20,906 bases of DNA from Ginkgo biloba (taxonomy: Eukaryota; Plantae; Ginkgophyta). The stretch spans positions 185,822,937-185,843,842 of the forward strand of contig JANKJI020000002.1 in NCBI GenBank assembly GCA_024626585.2. Direction: 5' to 3'. The notes under the pieces were generated by a model. The model was not told the DNA's origin. It did no database searches and was given only the letters and a program-made list of their open reading frames with translations. Below are positions 11,188 through 20,906 of the stretch, one piece after another. The position numbers and the translations under genes were made by a program. Each line of letters starts with the position of its first letter. Positions within the stretch are counted from its first letter, which is position 1.

Positions 11188-12213
11188 TGAATATGCACAC
11201 CAGAGTTAATGCTCCGCTCCTCCATCTACAAATGCATCATAAACCAGCCCCGGACCAAAGAAAGCTTCCATTCTAACCCAAATAGAGGGGGAGCCGTTCA
11301 ATACCATATTAAAAAGAAGAAAATACACAGAAAAATTGCTTCCCAAGGGGCAAACTACAGAAAAAATTGCCATTGAGCTATGAATAATGCCTCAAAAAGG
11401 GACCTACATTTTAATGATCCTCCCATTGAATACTGTTTACCTTCGAATTGTGCAGAAAGTAAAAGCAAATCACCTTCGTTGAATATGTTACTTCTCCATA
11501 AATAAAAAACATTAAATCAAAAGAGGGCATTAGGAAATCCTCTTCCGTGAGTATGTGACTTCCACACAAAACAACCACCAATTAATCGAAACCCATCCCA
11601 ATCCTAGTGGTCAGAGAGACAAGCAAGAAAGCATGTGCACATCAAGGTGAACAAATGCAGCACCTTTCTGTTGGATGGGCTAAGGATACACACGCAGTGG
11701 AAGCTAGCNNNNNNNNNNNNNNNNNNNNNNNNNNNNNNNNNNNNNNNNNNNNNNNNNNNNNNNNNNNNNNNNNNNNNNNNNNNNNNNNNNNNNNNNNNNN
11801 NNNNNNNNNNNNNNNNNNNNNNNNNNNNNNNNNNNNNNNNNNNNNNNNNNNNNNNNNNNNNNNNNNNNNNNNNNNNNNNNNNNNNNNNNNNNNNNNNNNN
11901 NNNNNNNNNNNNNNNNNNNNNNNNNNNNNNNNNNNNNNNNNNNNNNNNNNNNNNNNNNNNNNNNNNNNNNNNNNNNNNNNNNNNNNNATTTGATAATTAC
12001 CTACACAATTGACAGAGGAAGTCAAGGAGAATTGAAAAAAGAAACCATGGTAAGCCAAGCTCCCTCAAAAATTGAGGCACTGACTCCCAGGAGCAGGTAT
12101 ATCCGAACATCGGCCAAAGGCATTGGGGAGTATGTAGCGTTGCGTCCGGAAAGGATGTGACAACATGAAAATTGAACCACTAAAACATTCGTGATGAAAG
12201 CCAAAAAATTTGC

Positions 12214-12303
12214 GAATTGAAATTGAAATTGAAACTTGAAAACTGAAAATGAAAAATCAGAAAAATCAAGAATCCAATTGAATATTTAAAAATGAAAATT
12301 GAA
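12214..12303. repeat. Degenerate (GAAATT)n-like tract at the 5' end of PP1 intron 1 (U-rich on the sense strand)
   Basis: gaattgaaattgaaattgaaacttgaaaactgaaaatgaaaaatcagaaaaatcaag... Confidence 0.6.
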
Positions 12304-12313
12304 GGATCCTAAC

Positions 12314-12491
12314 CACAAATCTTTATGGGCGCTTCAAGCTCCAGGAAATTTGGTTGACCTAAAAAAATCTCCTTTGAATCTTGACAAAGCTGCCGGATCT
12401 CGGCCTCCGTCAGCTGAACTTGTTTCACCGTTCTTGCGTCCATCGCCCCCAGCAGCCGCTGGATTATACCATCCAATACATTTGTATCCAT
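12314..12491 (-). CDS. PP1: Ser/Thr protein phosphatase 1 catalytic subunit (plant TOPP family), coding exon 1
   Basis: Translates [14 protein letters not shown]...[14 protein letters not shown]...[19 protein letters not shown], the typical plant PP1 N-terminus. It ends TGT G|GTTAGG (phase-1 donor at 12313). There is an alternative in-frame ATG at 12497. Confidence 0.95.
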
Positions 12492-12900
12492 TGGCATCTT
12501 TTTTCAATGATGAGAACTCCAGTTTAACCCTACACCTAGAGACACACAACCTAAACAATCTTCCACGAGGATAATATTCAGTATTTCTGCAGACCTAGCC
12601 ACCTTTCAGTTTAAGACAGATACCATACCGAATTACATTGGAAACGGTTGGCTAGGTTAACCCAAACCCATTCATTTGCAGGTCTACAGCACGCGGAGTC
12701 GAACCCTGGACGAGGCGCTCGAGCAATTGAGAATGAAGAGTGAAATAGCAGTGTCTCCGCTTCCTTTCCCTATCGGAATCTCATGCTCTCTGATAACACA
12801 GAACAAGACGGGAAAATCTGCATTCATATTGTTCCGTTCCGTTAGAATTGAAATTTGTTTTCGTCAATAGACCTAAAAATGATGTCACTCAAATTGACGG
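12492..12900 (-). promoter_or_regulatory. Probable PP1 5' UTR and proximal promoter
   Basis: Lies directly upstream of the start codon and is visibly CpG-richer than the flanks. No TSS or clear TATA box assigned; limits are approximate. Confidence 0.45.
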
Positions 12901-14469
12901 GAGACTTCTCTTTTAGCAAAGATATTTTTTGTGTGATGTTATCCATTACTCGAGTAGCTATCATCCCAACACATTATTTTCACCCCTTGTCTAACTTATG
13001 CCCAAGGCCATAAACACATGTAGGCAAGAGGATGTTGCTAATCCGTAGAACCTTCCAACCCCTGGATGAGTTTGGCTTTCCTCCGGGGCCCTTTCATTTC
13101 TCGTGGGTACATGTAGCTCTTTCAACAGTTAAAATGCCTCTGCATGGTAAAAAATTATGAGGATCATATGTCCTTACAATTCAATTTTCTAATTTAGCTT
13201 GGCTTGCCATGGTTATGCTTTAATGCTACATCATATAGGCGTACCGGAGTTACAGAATGAAAGCCTTAGATGTACCTTTGCTTGTTTGTCATTTTTCCTT
13301 GTCTTGGTATTATGAATGTTCTATCTAATTTAGAAAAGTAGAGCATGAATCTTCTAAGAAGGTCGAATTGCCACGATTTCATGTTTCTTTGGATTGTGGC
13401 CAAACTACACAGTGTTAAGAACTAGTTTAATAGCTTGAGGTTGGCTCAAACCCAACTCAGAGCCGGTGGAAAAATGGAGGGAGCTTAGTTTTTTCTCTTA
13501 GGGAGATATAATTCATGTAGTATTGTGATTTTTTTAATAAGGGATACTATGTGAAAGTATTTGCATTGTTTTCTTACTTGCACCTTGCCAAGGATAAGTG
13601 TAATCTCATCAAAACTTAAATAAGTTGGTAGTGGCATAGTTAGGATTGATCGCAAGAATGTGAATCTCAACAAAAATAAGTAAAAATAATAGGGAAAAAG
13701 CTTTCAGGTAGCTATTATAAAGTTGGTGTATGAATATTTAAGGAACAGAACCAAAGTTTTTCATGTATTTACCAATTTGAAACTTATATGATCAGTTGTG
13801 TTTATTCATTTGCAAGCCTAAGGAGAACTTTCCAGTAATTAATAAGTTAAACTCAAGAAGGCTTTAATCCTTGTATGCGCAACATCATGACCAAACTCTG
13901 AGTTGCAAGTTAGAGCAAAGTGGACCTGGTCATTTTTTAGTCCCCTTGTTTAATTGGAAACATACTTGAACAATTTCCTCTTTTTAGCCAAGCAAAATGT
14001 AACTAGGTAGAGAGCAAGAGCCTTAAATAATAAAAGGAAACTTAGATTATCACTAGTTATGCCATCTCTGCCCTCAGTCTCCAACATTTCTCATAAAAAT
14101 AAATTTTATCTCCTCTACTTTGAATATTCATGACCCTTAAAATTCCTAAGTCATTTCACATACAAAATTCAAATGACGTACAAACAAGAATATATTACTT
14201 TGTATACTCACTTTTTTACTCTTTTTTAACTAAGATACAAACTTTTGGGTTCTACACCTTAAAAGACATCTCATACAACTTACGTAAGCCTCTTTCTAAC
14301 TACAGTATTACCTTATTTTCAATAGAATAACACAACCATCAAACCCCTTGATATGAGAATTTGATCACATCTTGTGATAAGACTCCTTACCTTTCCTTCT
14401 GCTCGTTTTTTTATCATTTTTCTTAAGTATACCCTTATAATAATCTTATAATTCCTACAAATTAAAAGA

Positions 14470-14528
14470 ATATGAACACTTAGTAATTAATGAGTTATGT
14501 TGAGTCTATATATGAACACTTAGTAATT
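14470..14528. repeat. Exact 19-nt direct repeat ATATGAACACTTAGTAATT, period 40
   Basis: Copies at 14470-14488 and 14510-14528. Confidence 0.85.
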
Positions 14529-14622
14529 TTTTAGCCTCTCATAGGTAACCACCTAAGTGAGCCCAAGTTACCACTTTTGTTCCTTACAAGATCAAAGATG
14601 CCCAAGATATGAACTAACTTAA

Positions 14623-15379
14623 TCTATATTACCTCTAAGGTATCAAAATACAAAAAGGAGGGAAAATTTGAAATAATTNNNNNNNNNNNNNNNNNNNNNN
14701 NNNNNNNNNNNNNNNNNNNNNNNNNNNNNNNNNNNNNNNNNNNNNNNNNNNNNNNNNNNNNNNNNNNNNNNNNNNNNNNNNNNNNNNNNNNNNNNNNNNN
14801 NNNNNNNNNNNNNNNNNNNNNNNNNNNNNNNNNNNNNNNNNNNNNNNNNNNNNNNNNNNNNNNNNNNNNNNNNNNNNNNNNNNNNNNNNNNNNNNNNNNN
14901 NNNNNNNNNNNNNNNNNNNNNNNNNNNNNNNNNNNNNNNNNNNNNNNNNNNNNNNNNNNNNNNNNNNNNNNNNNNNNNNNNNNNNNNNNNNNNNNNNNNN
15001 NNNNNNNNNNNNNNNNNNNNNNNNNNNNNNNNNNNNNNNNNNNNNNNNNNNNNNNNNNNNNNNNNNNNNNNNNNNNNNNNNNNNNNNNNNNNNNNNNNNN
15101 NNNNNNNNNNNNNNNNNNNNNNNNNNNNNNNNNNNNNNNNNNNNNNNNNNNNNNNNNNNNNNNNNNNNNNNNNNNNNNNNNNNNNNNNNNNNNNNNNNNN
15201 NNNNNNNNNNNNNNNNNNNNNNNNNNNNNNNNNNNNNNNNNNNNNNNNNNNNNNNNNNNNNNNNNNNNNNNNNNNNNNNNNNNNNNNNNNNNNNNNNNNG
15301 GGGGAGTAGGTGGCAACGCCGGACGGTGTAGGGTCCGACGTCCAACCTATGGCAATTCGTTGCCATGGGTACGGACTAG
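14623..15379 (+). mobile_element. Small non-autonomous Helitron (interior mostly a 621-N gap)
   Basis: 3' end: hairpin CCTATGGCAA-TTCG-TTGCCATGGG (15346-15369), 6 nt, then CTAG (15376-15379) followed by T. Candidate 5' end A|TCTATATTAC at 14623. A|T insertion site with no TSD. Confidence 0.7.
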
Positions 15380-16527
15380 TAACAACTAATATTTCAACAA
15401 ATATCTCTTCAACTTGAAAACTTTTGTTCATAGTGATGTCTTTTACTAAACAATGAATATAGATTTATATCATTTGGCATCCTTCAATTAAATTCCATAT
15501 ATTAATGGCATAAGAAAAATATATAAAGTAGCATATGCATACATGTCCTAAGGTTATCAAGTGGCAAAGACTCAAGAGTGATCACTTTCACCGCATTGGC
15601 AAATGTTCAAATCTTATGGAGAATATATTGGCTAATGAGTAATGTAGCTAAATGAGGCAATAAAAATAAGTAAATTATGAAAAAAGAATATATAAGTACA
15701 TATGTGTGTATGTGTGCACACTTCACACTTGCATAAACCTCTTATTATTTAGGATGCAATCACTAGTTAAAAATAACTACCATTATGTAAACACAAGTGA
15801 AATTAAAACAATAATGAACACTTTAACTAAATACTTACTAAGTTTATTTTGAGATTAGTTTTATTAATTGGCATATAATGTAGTAGGGGTCAATTTCATA
15901 TACAATGAGTGACATGTATTCTCTACTATGCTTAAAAAAAGTAGATATGAAAATATAATTTCCTATAAATTACTAATTCTTGGCTCTATATGAGGGTCTT
16001 ATGACCTTGAAGGAAAATTTTATTAGCTTAGCAAGTAAGTAGCTTTGGAATATATCTTTAAAAGGGCACAATTGAAAACACCCATTAAGAGGCTATTATG
16101 TGGGGTTAATAAAGATGGATAAGGGAAAAAAGGTGAATATTATAAGTGTGTGACCAAGGAGGGTTGCTTGTCTTTATCTTCTCCTATAACTGCCAACTCA
16201 TAGCAAATACAAAGTGTTTTTTAAAGAGGTCATGTAGTTGTAGGTGGTTAGACCACTTTCGATGAAGCTTCTAATGATGATAACAAAATATGTATAATGG
16301 GGAATAATAACTGTGTGTATGAACATTAGANNNNNNNNNNNNNNNNNNNNNNNNNNNNNNNNNNNNNNNNNNNNNNNNNNNNNNNNNNNNNNNNNNNNNN
16401 NNNNNNNNNNNNNNNNNNNNNNNNNNNNNNCATATGAGTATCCAAGGAGAGATGTCAATAGATCACGATCAAAAGAGTTTGGTATTAATTTGGTCCAACA
16501 AAAAATCATCCATAAAAGTTAAGTGAC

Positions 16528-17551
16528 TGATGCAGGACCTGCTAGGTCAGGAGGTGGTGTCTCACTAAGATCGCCTACCTTCTAAGATATTTAACATTGA
16601 AGTGAACCGACATCGAAGATTCGAGCTCACATTAAGAGCTCCCCCATAGGATCACGAATATAAACATTAAAAATAGAAGTTTACACCTATGCATGGAGGC
16701 AAAATAAATTGAAATAAAATCACACACATACACATCACATAGATTATGGTGGGCGACACCTTTTAACTGGAGAAACCCTTAGGGGGAAGAAAACTCTAGA
16801 TTCCTTAAAAAACTCAATAATTAACACCATATTTCCTAGGCCTCTATGATCAATCCTTGCTAATAGAGGTTATTACAATGATCAATCGAGATTTAATAAT
16901 GGACTCCTACCCTTACAACTTGAATTGCGTCACATTTGACGATCTGTCTGATTCCTTTGCTTCCACTCTCAGATGGATTATTCAATGCCTTTGGTCTTTG
17001 ATCAACGGTCAAAATGCACATCCTCCTCCCTCTTCTCCTTATCCTCCTAGCCCACTCTCCTCTTGGTTCCACCCGCCTTCCTCCAGCCAAAACTTAGCTT
17101 AACTCAACACCTTATAATCATGACCAATGTGGCTCTACTTAGCACTTCTCTGCACAATTCATCCACAAGGGGAATCAATCAAATAATCTAGACCATGCCT
17201 CTTTGAGCCATTGCCTAACCTCCACATGAGTTAATCAAAGAACCCCTTACAAATTTGGATCTAGGCTCATATAGTTAATCTCTAATGGTCATGGACAACC
17301 ACAACGATCTCCTTCTAGCTCTAATGAATTTGTTAGATGGGTCAAGCCTCTTCAATGAATACATCATTAAATTATCTTCAACAACTGCCTCCAACAACTC
17401 CTGTTATAGTTTTCCCATGTGCCTTCCTTATTAAATACACTTTTTAAAATTGACACTCTTCTTTTCAAAATTTAATCTCCTAGTGACCCAACATATTTTA
17501 TTGTCATCCTCTTTGGGTTTTAGTCTTATTTGATTAAATGGTTGGGTCTAC
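16528..17551. mobile_element. LTR-like unit, copy 1 (~1 kb)
   Basis: Starts TGATGCAGG and ends TTGGGTCTAC at a gap. Shares collinear blocks with 17880-18920, e.g. 16761-16803 versus 18138-18180 at 38/43 identity. Confidence 0.55.
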
Positions 17552-17879
17552 NNNNNNNNNNNNNNNNNNNNNNNNNNNNNNNNNNNNNNNNNNNNNNNNN
17601 NNNNNNNNNNNNNNNNNNNNNNNNNNNNNNNNNNNNNNNNNNNNNNNNNNNGGATTTAGAAAATAAAATATTATAAAGGAATATGATTATAATGATACTT
17701 TTGTAAATTTATAAGTGGTAAGAAATTATTATATCTACCCTTTAATTAGTTTGGAACTCAAAAATGGTTATTTTATAATTTGGAAAATCAAATTAATTGA
17801 CCTTTTTTCCCATACGTACTCAATCAATTCTTTTTCTAAGTTGTAAACTAATAAAGTACTTTTATCTAAGGAATGTAAT

Positions 17880-18920
17880 TGATGTAGGCATGTTGGTGGT
17901 GGTGCGGACAATGCCTCCAAAATACCATTTCCACCGCCACCAACACCTACCCGCCTACCAAGATCTTTTAATCAAATGAATTGACGTAGTCAATTTGAGC
18001 TCCAAACAATGAGCTCACCCATAGGAACATCATTATATAATTAACCCATAAATTAATGAAACTAAGACGATAGTCTGTCAATCCATATAGAAGAAAACCA
18101 TCATATGCACACCATAGAGAACATCACATGGAGCACTTTTTAACTAGAGAAACCCTCATGGGGAATAAAACTCCAGATTCATTATGAGGAACACCAGATT
18201 ACATCCAAACTATTATATGAAGCCTCTGTAGCTTTATTCCTCACTAATGGAGGTGGTTATAATTCAAGCAAATGGTTTTACCATTAGNNNNNNNNNNATG
18301 TTCCTCTACCCTAGCTGCTTGCAATGTTCCACAATCGATTCAACAGTGTCTCTCACTAGTCCTCCATTTCATTTCTCTTCACCTTGGTCACCTTTCTTCA
18401 TCAACCTTCCAACTCCCTCTCACTATGAAACCTTCTAGCTAATCGCCAACCAACTGACTAGGTCTCTCCAATTGATTCCCTTAAAAAATCAAACCTTACC
18501 TCATCCACTTTAGNNNNNNNNNNNNNNNNNNNNNNNNNNNNNNNNNNNNNNNNATTCAAATTTGACACCAGCAGTGCTAGTAGGTGGTGCATTTACTATC
18601 ACAATAGCTATCTCCATGAATTCCCTACAATGGTTACCAGATCACCATGTAATGCAAATAGGTATCTCTATGTGCTCTAAGTCTAGGTCCACTTTCCTCC
18701 TTTAATAGTTTGGTGGAATCATTAATGATCCACATCTAGCATTCCCTGACACTACATTTAAAACTCNNNNNNNNNNTTTCTTCATTAAATTCTCCCTCAA
18801 GATATTAAAATTTAATCTCCATTGAGTCTACAACATTAGACACTCTATTGGGGTGATTCTCAATAACACTATAACCTCCCAGGTCTTGAATCATATTTGA
18901 TAAATGATTGGGTCTGTGAA
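17880..18920. mobile_element. LTR-like unit, copy 2 (~1 kb, diverged)
   Basis: Starts TGATGTAGG. Blocks GAGCTC..CCCATAGGA, TTTTAACTRGAGAAACCCT..GGGGAA..AAAACTC, AAAATTTAATCTCC and TAAATGRTTGGGTCT occur in the same order as in copy 1. Confidence 0.55.
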
Positions 18921-19859
18921 GTCAAGGATTCAAAAGAGGAATCCCTCATTGAGAACCCCAATCCCTAATTCCATGATGTGTCCTATTCACATTTGATAAT
19001 CCATCAGGTTTGCACTATCAGGATTTAGATGCATATCTCTCATGCACCCACCTTCAGACCCCCCATCTTTGATTAAGCTCCAATTTATAATGATAACGGG
19101 TCCGTGGGATTTTATAACCCTTTTTCATTGTGTGGGCATCGACCTCTTGGGCCTCGGTATCCTGATGTTGATTATNNNNNNNNNNNNNNNNNNNNNNNNN
19201 NNNNNNNNNNNNNNNNNNNNNNNNNNNNNNNNNNNNNNNNNNNNNNNNNNNNNNNNNNNNNNNNNNNNNNNNNNNNNNNNNNNNNNNNNNNNNNNNNNNN
19301 NNNNNNNNNNNNNNNNNNNNNNNNNNNNNNNNNNNNNNNNNNNNNNNNNNNNNNNNNNNNNNNNNNNNNNNNNNNNNNNNNNNNNNNNNNNNNNNNNNNN
19401 NNNNNNNNNNNNNNNNNNNNNNNNNNNNNNNNNNNNNNNNNNNNNNNNNNNNNNNNNNNNNNNNNNNNNNNNNNNNNNNNNNNNNNNNNNNNNNNNNNNN
19501 NNNNNNNNNNNNNNNNNNNNNNNNNNNNNNNNNNNNNNNNNNNNNNNNNNNNNNNNNNNNNNNNNNNNNNNNNNNNNNNNNNNNNNNNNNNNNNNNNNNN
19601 NNNNNNNNNNNNNNNNNNNNNNNNNNNNNNNNNNNNNNNNNNNNNNNNNNNNNNNNNNNNNNNNNNNNNNNNNNNNNNNNNNNNNNNNNNNNNNNNNNNN
19701 NNNNNNNNNNNNNNNNNNNNNNNNNNNNNNNNNNNNNNCACTGATGTTAACCTAGGATTCTTTGAGATCTTTTCCTTAGTACTTGATGTCATCATGATAT
19801 AGTGTGGCCCAGTCAGATACACACTCTTCCCTAACTACTCTACGTGCTTATCCTCCTCT

Positions 19860-20906
19860 ATCGGTCATAACCTAATGTGTCTGCCATCCTTGGTGATATG
19901 GTATACATTATTGAGGCCATCATATATTTCTTATCAATTAAACTACCATAGCCTACCCAACAATATATGACATGCATCCATGGGGATGATGTTGCACCAA
20001 GCACTATCACTATAATCCTCTCGATGGAAGGTCACTAGGCACTTTTCTCTAATGGTGACTTCACCATCCTTTTTAAACCAATAAAGTTTATATGGTATCT
20101 CCTATTGATATTGATGCACACCTATCTTCTTAACCAGCTCTTTTGACGCCATGTTCCCATAACTTCCACTATCGATCATCACATCACAGGATGTGTTCCC
20201 TGTCATACATCTCATTCTAAGAATTTTCCTTCTCTGGTCAATGTCGATCTTCTTGTCTAAATGATGGGTGTCACCTCTTACTCCACTAGTTGAGGGTTGA
20301 CAATCAACGTCCTTTGTCACCTTTACCTTACCTTTCCTCTATCAGTGGTCATCATCTTTATTTCTAGCGATTAGTTGCTCACCAGATGATAATAACACGC
20401 TCTGAGTCTATAACCCCCATGTTATGTCCATGTCTATCTTCTCCCACTCATTGGCTATATGTTAGGTTAGATTCACATTAGTTTCTTTTCTCCATGGTCG
20501 GTCATCCTTCTTCTTGGGGCACTCATATAATCTATGTCCTTCTTCACCATAATTAAAACATATGATGGGTCTTCTTTGATCATACTATGCCCTATCCAAC
20601 CTTCCTCTAAAATGATAGATAAATCCTCCCTGACATCTGCTTTGGTAAGAGCCTAACTCCTCATGCAGTCATGCTTCTCTATTAGAACCATAAGTATGAG
20701 AATTCTTTGATCTCCCACTCTACTTATTCTTCCAATGTCAGTCATCTCTCTTCTGTCACTGTGAGGTCATAGATGTACCCCTGACATAAATCCTCTTTCT
20801 AGACTGCTTGGCCAACTTATCTTTCACCTTGAGTGCTAACTTGTAAGATTCATCCATGATAGCCACATGCTTCATCGCCATTTCATCTTGAATTGTGTAA
20901 TTTAAT
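19860..20906 (-). mobile_element. Degenerate Ty3/Gypsy (CRM-like) gag-protease region, continues beyond the window
   Basis: Gag helix LNYTIQDEMAMKHVAIMDESYKLALKVKDKL; decayed zinc knuckle CFNYGEEGHRLYEC (20560-20519); protease CDVMIDSGS (IDSGS at 20176-20162); PYKLYWFKKDGEV...CNIIPMDACHILLGRLW. Many stop codons. Confidence 0.9.

Larger units (their letters stand above)
5956..12313 (-). other. PP1 intron 1 (~6.4 kb nominal, several N gaps, contains retrotransposon fragments)
   Basis: GT...AG boundaries join ICG/DIHG in the correct phase. Confidence 0.88.

Noticed and set aside
7249-15357. Identical peptide NCHRLDV in two minus-strand ORFs (near 7260 and 15345), resembling the pseudouridine synthase HRLD motif
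   Set aside because: The flanks do not align. A single 7-aa match across six frames is roughly what chance allows, and the second copy overlaps the Helitron hairpin.
15552-15615. Pol III A/B-box-like words (TCAAGTGG...GTTCAAATC), possible SINE
   Set aside because: The boxes are degenerate, and no tail or TSD was identified.
18925-19175. Possible decayed RT continuing the right-hand Gypsy element
   Set aside because: The position fits, but only vague word matches were found and no clean RT motif was readable.
9019-19822. Long ORFs made mostly of X
   Set aside because: Artefacts of translating N runs.

Overview
AT-rich, gap-riddled nuclear DNA from a large-genome land plant (gymnosperm-like by inference). 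The minus strand carries a protein phosphatase 1 (PP1/TOPP) gene: exon 1 at 12491-12314, a ~6.4 kb transposon-filled intron, and exon 2 at 5955-5396. The expected third exon (VVEDG...SAPNYC...ILKP) is not visible. About 2.3 kb further downstream on the same strand are four intact, canonically spliced exons of RNA polymerase II largest subunit (NRPB1/RPB1, 3137-2144). They include the NADFDGD active site, but no flanking RPB1 exons are visible. The PP1 exon 2 donor and the first RPB1 acceptor are both phase 0, so an in-frame PP1-RPB1 chimera of ~496 aa is possible. A nested gene fragment or a scaffolding artefact across two 100-N gaps are the alternatives. The rest is transposon debris: Copia and Gypsy fragments, a small non-autonomous Helitron upstream of PP1, two diverged tandem LTR-like units, and a degenerate Gypsy gag-protease at the right end.
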